Source: Anaerolineales bacterium (GTDB lineage Bacteria; Chloroflexota; Anaerolineae; Anaerolineales; Villigracilaceae). From it: a stretch of DNA of 64,000 nt. Under the pieces are notes generated by a model, which saw only the letters and a program-made list of their open reading frames with translations, searched no databases and was not told where the DNA came from. Positions 9,401 through 17,875 of this stretch are shown here, one piece after another. The DNA is taken from the NCBI GenBank assembly GCA_035720235.1, contig DASTOH010000130.1, positions 18,660 through 82,659 on the forward strand, given 5' to 3'. How positions within the stretch are numbered: the stretch's first letter is position 1; each line of letters starts with the position of its first letter. Position numbers and translations under genes: made by a program.

Positions 9401-12265
9401 AACTATCTGAAGCAGCATACGGTTCGCCGACGCGTCCGTGCCGTCATGCGATTGGCATGGCGCCTGTACCAACGTCCATTGCTCGTGGCCGGATGGACCG
9501 CTTCTGTGGGGATTATCTTCCTATCGCTGTTCCGAAACCTGATCCTGCTGGGCGGCGGTCGCATCCAACAGACCTGGGCAGCAGCAGGGCTCCTCATTAT
9601 CACTGCGCTGTACGCCCTCTCCGCGCGCATGTTCCGCAAGGCGCGCTTTGTCTGGTTCGCGGTCATCGTCCTTTTCGCCCCATGGACCATCCTCACCAAC
9701 CTCGGCTGGTTCACAACCTTCAAGCTAGACCTGCCTGATTTCGCAGTCAGTTGGGTGATATTGGCCTGGGTCTTATTCCTCGTCAGCCTGTGGGTGGAAC
9801 GACGCGCGCCGCTCGCATATACGACACCGCTGAAAACTGCGACTCACGTACTGCTCCCGTTCTCGATACTGTGGGCCGTTGCAGATACGGAAGCCAGCCT
9901 CTTCACGGTTGGGCTTTCGATTGCGCTGTATGCAGTCTCAGCCTGGATCAATCATCAGCAAGCGAAACAAGTTTCTCCGCTCGCCGCGACCAAATTCTTC
10001 TACCCGGCCCTGGGCCTCCTCCCGGTATGGAGCGTGTACTGGCTCGATTATCTATCGCCCACGGCACGTCACGAGCATTTTGGAACACTGCTGCTGTCGT
10101 TTGGCGTGTTGGGATTGGTTGCTGGCATCTGGCTCGAACACATCGCGTCGCGCCCTGAGTTCAAACGCGCCTATGGTTTGCCCGCCTATCTGACAGGATA
10201 TGTCTCCATCATCGTCGGCACGATGTTAGTGGCTCACTTGCCGAGGACGCTTGCGCTGGCACTGTGCTACGATGCCATCCTCATGCTGGCTTCGGCGCGC
10301 CTCTTCAGGAATCCATTATGGCTGTATCCGGGAACGGCGTTCACGGCGCTATCCTTGTTGATCGCCTTGAACGAAGCGAATATTCCTGCAGAACGACAAG
10401 GCTGGTGGCTGATCGGCCTCTCGGTAGTTTATCTCCTCACGGCATGGGTCTTGCGGCGGGTGCGACTGGAGGCCTACAGCTCAGTTTTCATCATCATGGG
10501 TTTCGCGCTGACAGCGCTGGGATTGCCGCCTTCGAGTCTCGATCAGACGGGAGCCATCTGGGGTTATGGCGCTGCAGCGGTGGTGTACGCGGTCTGTGCT
10601 TTTTGGTTGAGGCAACCGCTCTTGTTGACTCCTGCGAGCGCGCTGATCGTCATCCCTTATACCGGCCTGCTTCAGCGTTCAACCCTCTCCCCTGAATATT
10701 ACGGTTTGAGTCTTTTCCCCGGCGCGTTAGTCGCTTTGATGCTTGGATGGTTCCTTGACCGTCGCTTTGGCGAATGGAAAGACTTTCCCTGGACCACACC
10801 AGACACATGGCTCTCTGCACTGGCAAAACGTCTCCTGCAATGGTGGGCATTGCCACTTTACATCTTGGGCTTGGGATTGGCCTCTTCCACGCCCATCTTC
10901 GCGGACTCACGCTCAGACTTAATTGCCGTGAACTTCATCCTGCTCGCTTCTTTCTACGGGTGGGCCCTGTACCGTTTCAGGCTGCGCTTCTGGCTGGTGA
11001 CGGCGTTGCTCTCCACACACTATAGCCTCGGTTTCTATCTGGATCATTTCGGGTTCTGGCAACACGCGGAACAAGGCTGGCTGCGCTTCCTGCCCTTGAC
11101 CGTGGCGATGCTGATCATCGGATTGGTCATCGAAAAAAGATTCAACGAAGGCACTCCGCTGCATACAAAAAGGATTTTTTCGGGATGGTCACGTCCATTT
11201 TATCTTTTTGTGCTTCTCGATATCTTCTTTGCTCAAATAGGGAGCCTGAACGGGACGTTTGCCGGCGCGGAGGTTTCACTCCTCAACATGCTTTTGGTGG
11301 CTGTGTTGGCGTCTGCCTGGCTTGCACCCGAACTCACGTATGTCAGCGCGTTCCTTGGGCTTTCCGCGCTGCTGCAGTGGCGCGAGGCGGCGCACTGGTC
11401 CAGCATCGATCTGCCCATCCATTTGGCGGCGCTGGCCCTGGGATATGGCGTTCTTGGGTTTGGCTACAGACTCTTGAAACGGCAAACCGGGGCGGGTGAG
11501 AACGAAGCGAAAAATGGTCCATCGAAAAACTGGCTTTCCATCTGGGAAACGCCGCTGCAAAGATCTGCCATGATTCTCTCGATCCTGGCCATTATGTTCG
11601 CGTTCGTTTATGGAGCCGACCTGATCGGCTGGAGCGTGCGCGCCCTGTTCGGGTTGTCATTCCGCCAGATCGTGGATCTCAAAACAGTGTATATGGTCGT
11701 GTGGGTGTGCTCGCTGATCGGATTGTTGTATGTGGCTGCAGCTGCCGTGTATCGACGCATCCGGCTTGGCTATCTGGCGGTGGGCATGTTGTTGATCGGG
11801 TGGTTCACGTATTCCTACTACATCAACATCTGGGATAACCTGAGGCAGCTGCAATGGTATGCCATACCAGCCGGTTTGTATCTGCTGTGCATCGGTTTGA
11901 TCGAATGGACGAAGGGCAATCGGATTCTGGCGCGCTGGGTCGATTACGCGGCAATATTCCTGTTATTGGGTTCGTTGTTCTGGCAGACACTTGAATTTGG
12001 CTGGTTGTTCGCGCTTCTTCTGGGTAGTGAAGGATTCGCTGATTTCTGGTGGGGCAGCGCGCGGCGCTTGAGGCGCTTCTTTTACGCGGGTATGGCAGGA
12101 GTTGTACTGGCGGCGCTGGGACAGTTGTTGAATGCCTTGCAGGAAGTCAATCAGTGGATCACTTTTGGATTAATCGGAATCCTGCTGGTGGTCATCGCGA
12201 TCATCGTGGAACGCAAATTGGAAGCGATCAAAGCCTGGCAGCAGGTGCTGGAGACGTGGGAATGA
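6431..12265 (+). CDS. giant polytopic membrane protein with N-terminal zinc ribbon, DUF2157-like region and SCO7613-like C-terminus
   Basis: MHCPRC-x9-CPKCG; Pro-rich linker; from ~aa 250 almost continuous TM-length hydrophobic segments (roughly 50); ends ...IVERKLEAIKAWQQVLETWE; -10-like GATAAT 6 nt before ATG 6431. Confidence 0.8.
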   Translation: MHCPRCKYPNFISNGTCPKCGFHGDPGQIEDLSRLNWLLREMNSWVDQGILKQIPRRLQKHYETRRQQVLSDLGLAHVPFTSQEAATAWAELRRYELLFQELEKWQAAGHLQTGYLPSYHARLIELRSRMVGYQGRVFPATNRERLDEVDFLLGAIQSLASRGEFKNPRVRYIISNPLLIEKATLESLLNPPAEKKPEIKTGAIGRAAKLASLPKPTPKPEEPPPPPRPPLREWLWRSILSERTLQALLFLGIFLLFVAAISFVIWGWKDFSAPVRVAIPFGFTMLFFGLGWFVRTRTHLYRSAIALSAIAALLIPIDSYTIYANYGSPPEGWPEFWLITSLACLVAYILAALQIQSRFFGYITGIAAGSAVLASLEVFTDLSSDWYSAALSVLAVGMLLLATGITRRQQAGRWRAFAEPFRYLALWTPAVLMPLTLGLRLVTREAYDALHYAMTVNWFLGGFIFAWGAIHHRSRSLGMLAAISLPVSVYMAQGALFHQTGINPAWHAFGLACLTPLYLYTGRKLSAFKDDAVLSAHGRTATGWGMTLIVVAALLSLTDLTSGTAAAASHAILIASTALIAVVWERPRALYAAAFFSFTASTFAMSELDLSLNQLGVGWASLAILLILFSLRLARKPEYIEQRRPYINPLVTSTYIIAALAIIPPLSIYDGHLLSYSLGNWIALAAWGASLAHHGQPGFASVPQTGKTNLFKRFLASEAIYHWFTTLPLPFWVWLITQNNEFPDEVLPLLLVALACLMVFVSYWLRRFTGNDCRIPWRLTGLIVSVLAPMVAFVTLPDGYIPAIALLAVGLLYFADTLASREALGFYPAGLVTAGGLWHLLKQAEVDNEIITFALCLLVAIYFLAGLAAERRPRVPVATFKFLAPLYNTAHFLAFIILVRIYVAPLEELIGTSEWTDAMQLWGAADQLLLSILYGSYAWGRYEERWGHLAAWLGMIGGGFVAIVFSRGHGSLAAKGAIIAAIMILAERGLNYLKQHTVRRRVRAVMRLAWRLYQRPLLVAGWTASVGIIFLSLFRNLILLGGGRIQQTWAAAGLLIITALYALSARMFRKARFVWFAVIVLFAPWTILTNLGWFTTFKLDLPDFAVSWVILAWVLFLVSLWVERRAPLAYTTPLKTATHVLLPFSILWAVADTEASLFTVGLSIALYAVSAWINHQQAKQVSPLAATKFFYPALGLLPVWSVYWLDYLSPTARHEHFGTLLLSFGVLGLVAGIWLEHIASRPEFKRAYGLPAYLTGYVSIIVGTMLVAHLPRTLALALCYDAILMLASARLFRNPLWLYPGTAFTALSLLIALNEANIPAERQGWWLIGLSVVYLLTAWVLRRVRLEAYSSVFIIMGFALTALGLPPSSLDQTGAIWGYGAAAVVYAVCAFWLRQPLLLTPASALIVIPYTGLLQRSTLSPEYYGLSLFPGALVALMLGWFLDRRFGEWKDFPWTTPDTWLSALAKRLLQWWALPLYILGLGLASSTPIFADSRSDLIAVNFILLASFYGWALYRFRLRFWLVTALLSTHYSLGFYLDHFGFWQHAEQGWLRFLPLTVAMLIIGLVIEKRFNEGTPLHTKRIFSGWSRPFYLFVLLDIFFAQIGSLNGTFAGAEVSLLNMLLVAVLASAWLAPELTYVSAFLGLSALLQWREAAHWSSIDLPIHLAALALGYGVLGFGYRLLKRQTGAGENEAKNGPSKNWLSIWETPLQRSAMILSILAIMFAFVYGADLIGWSVRALFGLSFRQIVDLKTVYMVVWVCSLIGLLYVAAAAVYRRIRLGYLAVGMLLIGWFTYSYYINIWDNLRQLQWYAIPAGLYLLCIGLIEWTKGNRILARWVDYAAIFLLLGSLFWQTLEFGWLFALLLGSEGFADFWWGSARRLRRFFYAGMAGVVLAALGQLLNALQEVNQWITFGLIGILLVVIAIIVERKLEAIKAWQQVLETWE

Positions 12266-13671
12266 GCGATGCAGAACTGAACAGGACTCCTGAAGTCGCT
12301 CAAGAGAAGCCAGCCGAGAGTTCCGTGCCCCTCTGGCTCAAGCGCCTCGTTCAGGTCACGGGTATGATCTTGTTGATCTTCGGAGTGCCAATCACGATCA
12401 ATCTATTTTGCATTGTCCCGCTTGTGTTATCGGGCAGCAGCGGTTCAGAGGCAATGATCTATGGCGTGGTCAGCCTGACCTTCGCGGTGCTCACCGTCGG
12501 TGTAGGCCTTACGGCGTTTGTACATTCCAACAATTCCTTGCATAACAAGCCATCAAAACCGTTGCGTCTGCCCTCGCCGCCTTTGTTATTTGTCGGCGGC
12601 TTCCTGATTTTGATCGTGCTGGGATTGACCCAAGATCCCAATAATTTCGGGTCGGCAGTACTCCTTCCACCGATCCTGGTGGTCTGTGCGATGTTGCCTC
12701 CCTTATGGGCAGTCGCGTGGATGATCCCTCAGGCGCAAGTTTCCCGGGTCAAGGAGCAGACAGGAGATGCCTCCGCCGCGGAAAATGTTCAGGGTAATGT
12801 GGAACAGCCGTCACTGAGCTGGAGGCGGGGATTGTCCTCGTTTGCGGGCGGCGCGACAGTTGGAGTCTTCATCGCCATCGTGCTGGAGATCCTGTTACCG
12901 GTCATCATCCTGTCACTGGTCTTCAATCTGGCGGATACGTTATCAGATGATCTCAATGTGTTCTTTCGTGCCTTGTCGAATGCGGAGGTGGCAGAGGCGC
13001 TGACCAATCCTGGTTTCATATTTATCTTCGTCCAGATCGCGATCATCGCCCCGCTGGCAGAGGAGCTCGCCAAGCCCTTGGTGACGTTGCCATTGTTGCA
13101 CAAACTCAACAAGCAGGAGGCGTTTTGGGTGGGCGCGCTGGCAGGCGCAGGATTCGCGGCGTTGGAAAATGTGATCTACGCCACGGGCGGTTTATCCATT
13201 TGGGCGGGCATTTTGGTCGTGCGTGCGCTGGGCGGCGCTTTACATCCGCTTGGGTCTGGATTGGTGGCACAGGGCTGGTGGGGCGTGCTGCATGGCGAAA
13301 AGGATTCGACTGTGAACTGGCTCAAGCGGTTCGCGCTCGCGGTGGCCTTGCACGCGGCCTGGAACGGAGGCTCGCTGCTTGTCATCACATTGGGCGGGGC
13401 GCGTTTCTTCGGGGAACTGCCACCCGAGATCGGCCTGCTGGGCCTCTCCGCCGCAGGCACCACGCTGGCGTTTCTGATCCTGCTCGGAATCGCCGCCTTG
13501 TGGATCGGGCGCGCCTATGGACATGATAAACCGGTCCTTGCCGCGGAGGGAGAGGCATCGCCCGAGGCAGGCTTCGTTCCGTCCGATCGCGCGCTGGCGC
13601 TCTGGGCCGTGGTCTGTTTGATGGCGCTCGTGCCGGCCGGCATCGCCGGGTTAAAGATATGGCTGCGATAA
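12262..13671 (+). CDS. PrsW-family glutamic intramembrane metalloprotease
   Basis: APLAEELAK, GAGFAALEN, LHP, ALHAAWN motifs; ATGA overlap with the upstream stop at 12262-12265. Confidence 0.88.
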   Translation: MSDAELNRTPEVAQEKPAESSVPLWLKRLVQVTGMILLIFGVPITINLFCIVPLVLSGSSGSEAMIYGVVSLTFAVLTVGVGLTAFVHSNNSLHNKPSKPLRLPSPPLLFVGGFLILIVLGLTQDPNNFGSAVLLPPILVVCAMLPPLWAVAWMIPQAQVSRVKEQTGDASAAENVQGNVEQPSLSWRRGLSSFAGGATVGVFIAIVLEILLPVIILSLVFNLADTLSDDLNVFFRALSNAEVAEALTNPGFIFIFVQIAIIAPLAEELAKPLVTLPLLHKLNKQEAFWVGALAGAGFAALENVIYATGGLSIWAGILVVRALGGALHPLGSGLVAQGWWGVLHGEKDSTVNWLKRFALAVALHAAWNGGSLLVITLGGARFFGELPPEIGLLGLSAAGTTLAFLILLGIAALWIGRAYGHDKPVLAAEGEASPEAGFVPSDRALALWAVVCLMALVPAGIAGLKIWLR

Positions 13672-14204
13672 AAACTCGACTGAATCTTTGGATCGCGTTG
13701 GGAGTGGTCTTCGCCAACCTGTTTGCCTGGGCGCAGCTATTGCTGGCAGTGACGAACCCGCACGTGGTGGACCCGATCATGGACCCGGAGGTACGGGCAT
13801 TGCTGGATTACATCCGTTCGGGCGACCATTCGGGGGAAACCTGGGAGGTGACCTTGACAGAGCTCGAAGCGGAGCAGACCATCACGTGGTATCTGAACCG
13901 TTATCCACAGATCCCATTCGCCTATCCGGAAGTGCACATTTCGCCTGATTCAGTTTCAGGGGAAGGCGATGTGATCATCACGGGTCTCCATTTCCATGTC
14001 AGCGGTGAGGCGCGCGTCACGTTGAAGGACGGCTTGCCCGTGGTGGAAATATTGGACCTAAGCCTGCCATTGCCCGGCTCCATGCAGGAGGCCATCGAGC
14101 AGGAGATCCAGAAGCAGTTGAGGCGGGCGGAGTTGTTGCCGGTGCGCTTCACGTCCGCTGAATGGGGCGATGGCGTAGTGGTGGTCAAAGGCGTGATACG
14201 ATGA
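13659..14204 (+). CDS. membrane-anchored LmeA/DUF2993/YpmS-like (lipid-binding) protein
   Basis: single N-terminal TM helix, then VTLTELEAEQTI..., beta-rich body ending FTSAEWGDGVVVVKGVIR; overlaps the PrsW 3' end. Confidence 0.55.
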   Translation: MAAIKTRLNLWIALGVVFANLFAWAQLLLAVTNPHVVDPIMDPEVRALLDYIRSGDHSGETWEVTLTELEAEQTITWYLNRYPQIPFAYPEVHISPDSVSGEGDVIITGLHFHVSGEARVTLKDGLPVVEILDLSLPLPGSMQEAIEQEIQKQLRRAELLPVRFTSAEWGDGVVVVKGVIR

Positions 14205-14296
14205 GATTCGCCTTTCGTGTTTGCCGAGTAGCCTGCCCAGAATCCGGAATATTTTAAAAGTACCCAACGTGTGACTCTTTCCCAATATCTGTTTTG

Positions 14297-14360
14297 GGGA
14301 CGCTGAAAACGCTGATGTCGCTGATCTAAGAGAAAATGATTCCGCATTTTTCTGCGTCCT
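14297..14360. repeat. inverted array of 9-nt tandem units between convergent genes
   Basis: ggacgctgaaa-acgctgatg-tcgctgatc ... tccgcatttttctgcgtcc. Confidence 0.55.
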
Positions 14361-14420
14361 GCGAAGGCTAAAATGGAAGTTGCGCCTTGAGTTAAAAAGT
14401 GTGTTTCTGGCTTTACCGGC

Positions 14421-15698
14421 TTAAACCCTTGCATGCCCGCAGGCAATCAGATAGTCCCTCAAAACCAGGTTGATCTTGTGCTCAATGACCTGGCTGGCGG
14501 TGAGATTGGTCTGCCCGACATATCCGCTCAACAAGGAATTGGGCAGGGCCATGTTGTCCAAATTCTGCATCAAACGCTTCAGGGAATGTTCCACCTCTGG
14601 CCGCGCCCAGTAATATCGAATGCGATCGCTCAGGCTGTATTTCCGTTTGTGAGCCTGCATGGCTTCATCCCCAGCATAATACTTCCTCCAATGTTCCGGA
14701 TGTTTCAACATGGTCTGTTCCAACACCTGGACGATGTTGGATCGTTTTTCCTCTGGCATGAGTTCATTTTCAATCATCGCCAGGGCAAAAATCGCCTCGC
14801 GATAAGCAAAGGTCAGCGCCGGGCCCACTTTGAGAATCGCAAAATGATCTCGCACCAGCTCCTTTAGTGCTTGATGTGTCTGGTAATCGGTGGAGTGCGC
14901 TTCGTAAATGATCGGTTGGCTTTCGATGAACTTCGAGAGCTCACGCGCGGCCTCGGGCTGGTACGTATGGGTCATTTCATCGCCAAATTCCACGCCGGGC
15001 TGCACCACCAGCCCAACGACCTTTTCCCACGCATCCGCCAGTCCTTCTCTCAGAAACGCTGCTCGCGTGACCTCGATGGTCTGGCGCGCCTCCTCAACCT
15101 TTGTCACCCTGACAGTTTCTTCCTGCCCTATCGCTCCGCCAGGGATTGGGACTTCCGTGCCGATAACATACCTCAACTGTTGCGAATGGATGGTCCGTTC
15201 GGCCACCTTTGCCAGTTGTGCCGCGCGCCTAGCAGAGTCTTCCACGTCCAACGCGCCTGGGGAGTCATCAGCCAATCTCATGCTGCAATCGAGATGGATT
15301 TTCGTGAAACCCGCTTGCACATACTCGCGAACCAGCACCTCCGCTTTTTGCATGGCAACATTGGCTGGTTCGTTCTGCCAGACACTGGGACCCAAATGGT
15401 CACCCCCCAGGATGATATTTTCAAAGGGAAATTCATTTTCCTCTGCAATGCCACGCACATAGTCAACGAATTTGGTCGGCGTCATTCCCGTGTAGCCGCC
15501 AAATTGATTTACCTGATTACAGGTGGCTTCGATCAATGGTGAGACTCTAAGGGTCTTAATCCCCTCCGCTTCATTTCGGGGATGCTCCGCAAAAACCCTC
15601 AGGGTCTGTTGTATAACAGCCGGATGTGCGGAACAAACCGATGTGATCCCTCTGGCTTCTCCGCGCTTTTGCGCAGCGACGATCTCATCAAGATACAT
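14421..15698 (-). CDS. gatZ: GatZ/KbaZ-family protein (tagatose-6-phosphate 4-epimerase / aldolase accessory)
   Basis: GITSVCSAHP, LIEATCNQVNQFGGYTGM, LGGDHLGP, KIHLDCS, GTEVPIPGG, VVQPGVEF, EAHSTDYQ, LKVGPALT, YSLSDRIRYYW; start MYLDE at 15698. Confidence 0.92.
   Translation of the reverse strand: MYLDEIVAAQKRGEARGITSVCSAHPAVIQQTLRVFAEHPRNEAEGIKTLRVSPLIEATCNQVNQFGGYTGMTPTKFVDYVRGIAEENEFPFENIILGGDHLGPSVWQNEPANVAMQKAEVLVREYVQAGFTKIHLDCSMRLADDSPGALDVEDSARRAAQLAKVAERTIHSQQLRYVIGTEVPIPGGAIGQEETVRVTKVEEARQTIEVTRAAFLREGLADAWEKVVGLVVQPGVEFGDEMTHTYQPEAARELSKFIESQPIIYEAHSTDYQTHQALKELVRDHFAILKVGPALTFAYREAIFALAMIENELMPEEKRSNIVQVLEQTMLKHPEHWRKYYAGDEAMQAHKRKYSLSDRIRYYWARPEVEHSLKRLMQNLDNMALPNSLLSGYVGQTNLTASQVIEHKINLVLRDYLIACGHARV
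15541..15607. repeat. in-frame REP-like doublet with inner element inside gatZ
   Basis: GAGACTCTAAGGGTCT ... AAACCCTCAGGGTCT around ATCCCC..GGGGATGCTCCGCAA; encodes QTLRV-FAEHPRNEAEGI-KTLRVS. Confidence 0.7.
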
Positions 15699-16731
15699 AC
15701 CGCATCGCTTCTTCCAGTGTCGGCTGACCGGCTGTGCCGCCAGCCTGTTGCGTGGACAAAGCTCCGCAGACACAGGCCAGCCGCAGGGATTTCTCAACAG
15801 GCCAAGCATTCAAATATCCGTACAGAAAGCCTGCGTCGAACGAATCTCCTGCCCCAACGGTGTCGACCACGTTCACAGAAATGGAACTTGCACGAGTGAC
15901 AGAATCTTTATTATGGCAGGCCAGCGCGCCCTCCGCGCCGAGCTTGACGGCGACAACTTTTGCTGCAAAAGGTGGGGCGGGATGGTCGCGAACGCCGTCC
16001 CTATGGGCGACAGTCCTCGAATGGGGACGTCCCGCCAAACCAGAAACTTGCGGAATATCATTCCGCACCACGTCATTTGCTTGCATTTTTTCAGCAAGGC
16101 CTCTTGCGGCAGATTCAAGGTCAGATGATTTCGTGATCGACAATGCCTCCGTTTTGTTGGGAAGAAACACGTCGGTTACGGAAAGTAGTTCATCGAAGCC
16201 AAGCCACCCTTCGGAGGGGTCGTAATTTGTATCCAGGGAGGTCGTGAGTCCAAATGAATGTGCGCGCCGGAAAAGCGCAGGCAGATCAGGTTGGAGGTTG
16301 GTTTGCAGGAAATAACTGGCAACATGCAGGTGTCGCGCATCCTGGAGCAACGCGTCGGAGACGTCCGAGGCCGTTAGTTCAGCCATCAGCCCGGGATGAG
16401 TCAGAATCGCGCGGTCAGAGGCGCGGTTCAGGATCACGCTCAATCCGGTGGATCCGCCTGGATGGACGATCACGTTTTCGATATCCAAACCCCGCCTGGA
16501 CATTTCCTCGAGCATGAAACGGCCGAAGACATCCTCACCACAGACCCCGATAAAGCCAACCTTGAGCCCGAGCCGTGCAGCACCGCACGCGAAAATGGCG
16601 GAGGATGAGCCAATGGTGAGCGTGGCCGAATCAAGGAGCTTCTCGACCTGACCAAACTCAGGCTGTACGTCGCCTGCCAGGATCAGATCGGGGTTGATTT
16701 CACCCGCCACCAGGATATCAAATTTCTGCAT
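15688..16731 (-). CDS. PfkB-family carbohydrate kinase (candidate tagatose-6-phosphate kinase) with a ~33-aa repeat-derived insert
   Basis: GSSSAIFACGAARLG, GEDVFG, DVFLPNKTEA, VKLGAEG, VVDTVGAGDSFDAGF. Confidence 0.9.
   Translation of the reverse strand: MQKFDILVAGEINPDLILAGDVQPEFGQVEKLLDSATLTIGSSSAIFACGAARLGLKVGFIGVCGEDVFGRFMLEEMSRRGLDIENVIVHPGGSTGLSVILNRASDRAILTHPGLMAELTASDVSDALLQDARHLHVASYFLQTNLQPDLPALFRRAHSFGLTTSLDTNYDPSEGWLGFDELLSVTDVFLPNKTEALSITKSSDLESAARGLAEKMQANDVVRNDIPQVSGLAGRPHSRTVAHRDGVRDHPAPPFAAKVVAVKLGAEGALACHNKDSVTRASSISVNVVDTVGAGDSFDAGFLYGYLNAWPVEKSLRLACVCGALSTQQAGGTAGQPTLEEAMRYVS
15972..16071. repeat. in-frame REP doublet (GTGG...CCAC) inside the PfkB kinase
   Basis: GTGGGGCGGGATG...CGTCCCGCC, spacer, GCGGAAT-ATC-ATTCCGC-ACCAC; its first 15 nt are identical to the minus strand of 23414-23428. 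Confidence 0.8.
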
Positions 16732-17869
16732 GTTGAGCTCTGGTGAGTTGTCGCTCCATCAGAAGATAGACGATCAATGCTGCGAGCATCAACGCGCCAA
16801 ATATTGCGTACATCTGTGCGCCGCCCAGGCGTTCCAGCAGTATAGCGCCCAGAAAACCGCCGCCAGCCGCACCGAAGCCGAACACCGTCGCGCCAAAGAT
16901 GCCCTGGGCGGTCGCGCTCAAGCCCGCAGGCGCGATCTCGTTGACATAGGAAACGCCGGCCACCCACAGGGCCGCAAAGGTAAAGCCATTGATCAATTGA
17001 AATGCCAGAATGCCAAATTCAGAAACAACGGTGGCATACAGGAACAGACGCACTATCGTTGCGACCATCGAGAGAATCAGCAAGCCATGAGGTTTCAGCC
17101 GCACGAGCAGCCGGTCGGCAAAAAACAACATGGGAAACTCAGAGATGGTGGCAATCCCTAACGCCAAACCCATCGAGGATTTCCTTATGCCTAGCTCGGC
17201 CATGTAGGCAGCCAGATAGACGTTGATGCTCATCAATGCCATGCCACATACGAAGGCCGTGGCAAGGAATAGGACCAGTCGCCGGTTCGAAAACAATTCG
17301 AGCAGACCATGCCTCAACGAAACCTTATGCCTGACGTGACTGAATACAAAGCGCTGGCTGACCAGAAAGCCAATAAACATCAATATGGCATAGGACCAGA
17401 ATGCCCAATTCAAGCCATACTTATCGATCACAATTCCAGCCAGCGGCGCAATGGCTCCCCAGCCAAGGGCTCCGCCGACACGTACGCGCCCATACATCTG
17501 TCGCTGATCGCCCAGCATCGTCAGGGTGGCAGTGTCGGCCAGCGAATTGACTGGCGCGATCATAAAAGCAAAGAACGAACCCAACATAAGAACGGCTGCA
17601 AACGTTCTGGCAAAGGGGTAAGATGCGATCAAGCCCAGGCAGACCAAAATCATAAGACTCATCACAAGTTTGTGGCGGTTGGTCGTATCGGCGATCCCCG
17701 TCCAGAACGGCGCGCCGGCCAGTGAAATCAGTGGAGAAATTGCGGAAAGGAGTCCAATTTGCGCGCCGGTGAACCCCAGACTTTGGTAATACAAAACAAA
17801 GTACGGAAAAAGACAGGCGCCGGCTCCAAAATACAACAGATAGAAACTAAAAGGCCAGATTTTTTTCAT
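16718..17869 (-). CDS. MFS transporter (MFS_1-like)
   Basis: 12 predicted TM segments; PFWTGIADT, YGRVRVGGALGWG, SEFPML, ATAQGIFGA. Confidence 0.88.
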   Translation of the reverse strand: MKKIWPFSFYLLYFGAGACLFPYFVLYYQSLGFTGAQIGLLSAISPLISLAGAPFWTGIADTTNRHKLVMSLMILVCLGLIASYPFARTFAAVLMLGSFFAFMIAPVNSLADTATLTMLGDQRQMYGRVRVGGALGWGAIAPLAGIVIDKYGLNWAFWSYAILMFIGFLVSQRFVFSHVRHKVSLRHGLLELFSNRRLVLFLATAFVCGMALMSINVYLAAYMAELGIRKSSMGLALGIATISEFPMLFFADRLLVRLKPHGLLILSMVATIVRLFLYATVVSEFGILAFQLINGFTFAALWVAGVSYVNEIAPAGLSATAQGIFGATVFGFGAAGGGFLGAILLERLGGAQMYAIFGALMLAALIVYLLMERQLTRAQHAEI

Positions 17870-17875
17870 TGGAAG

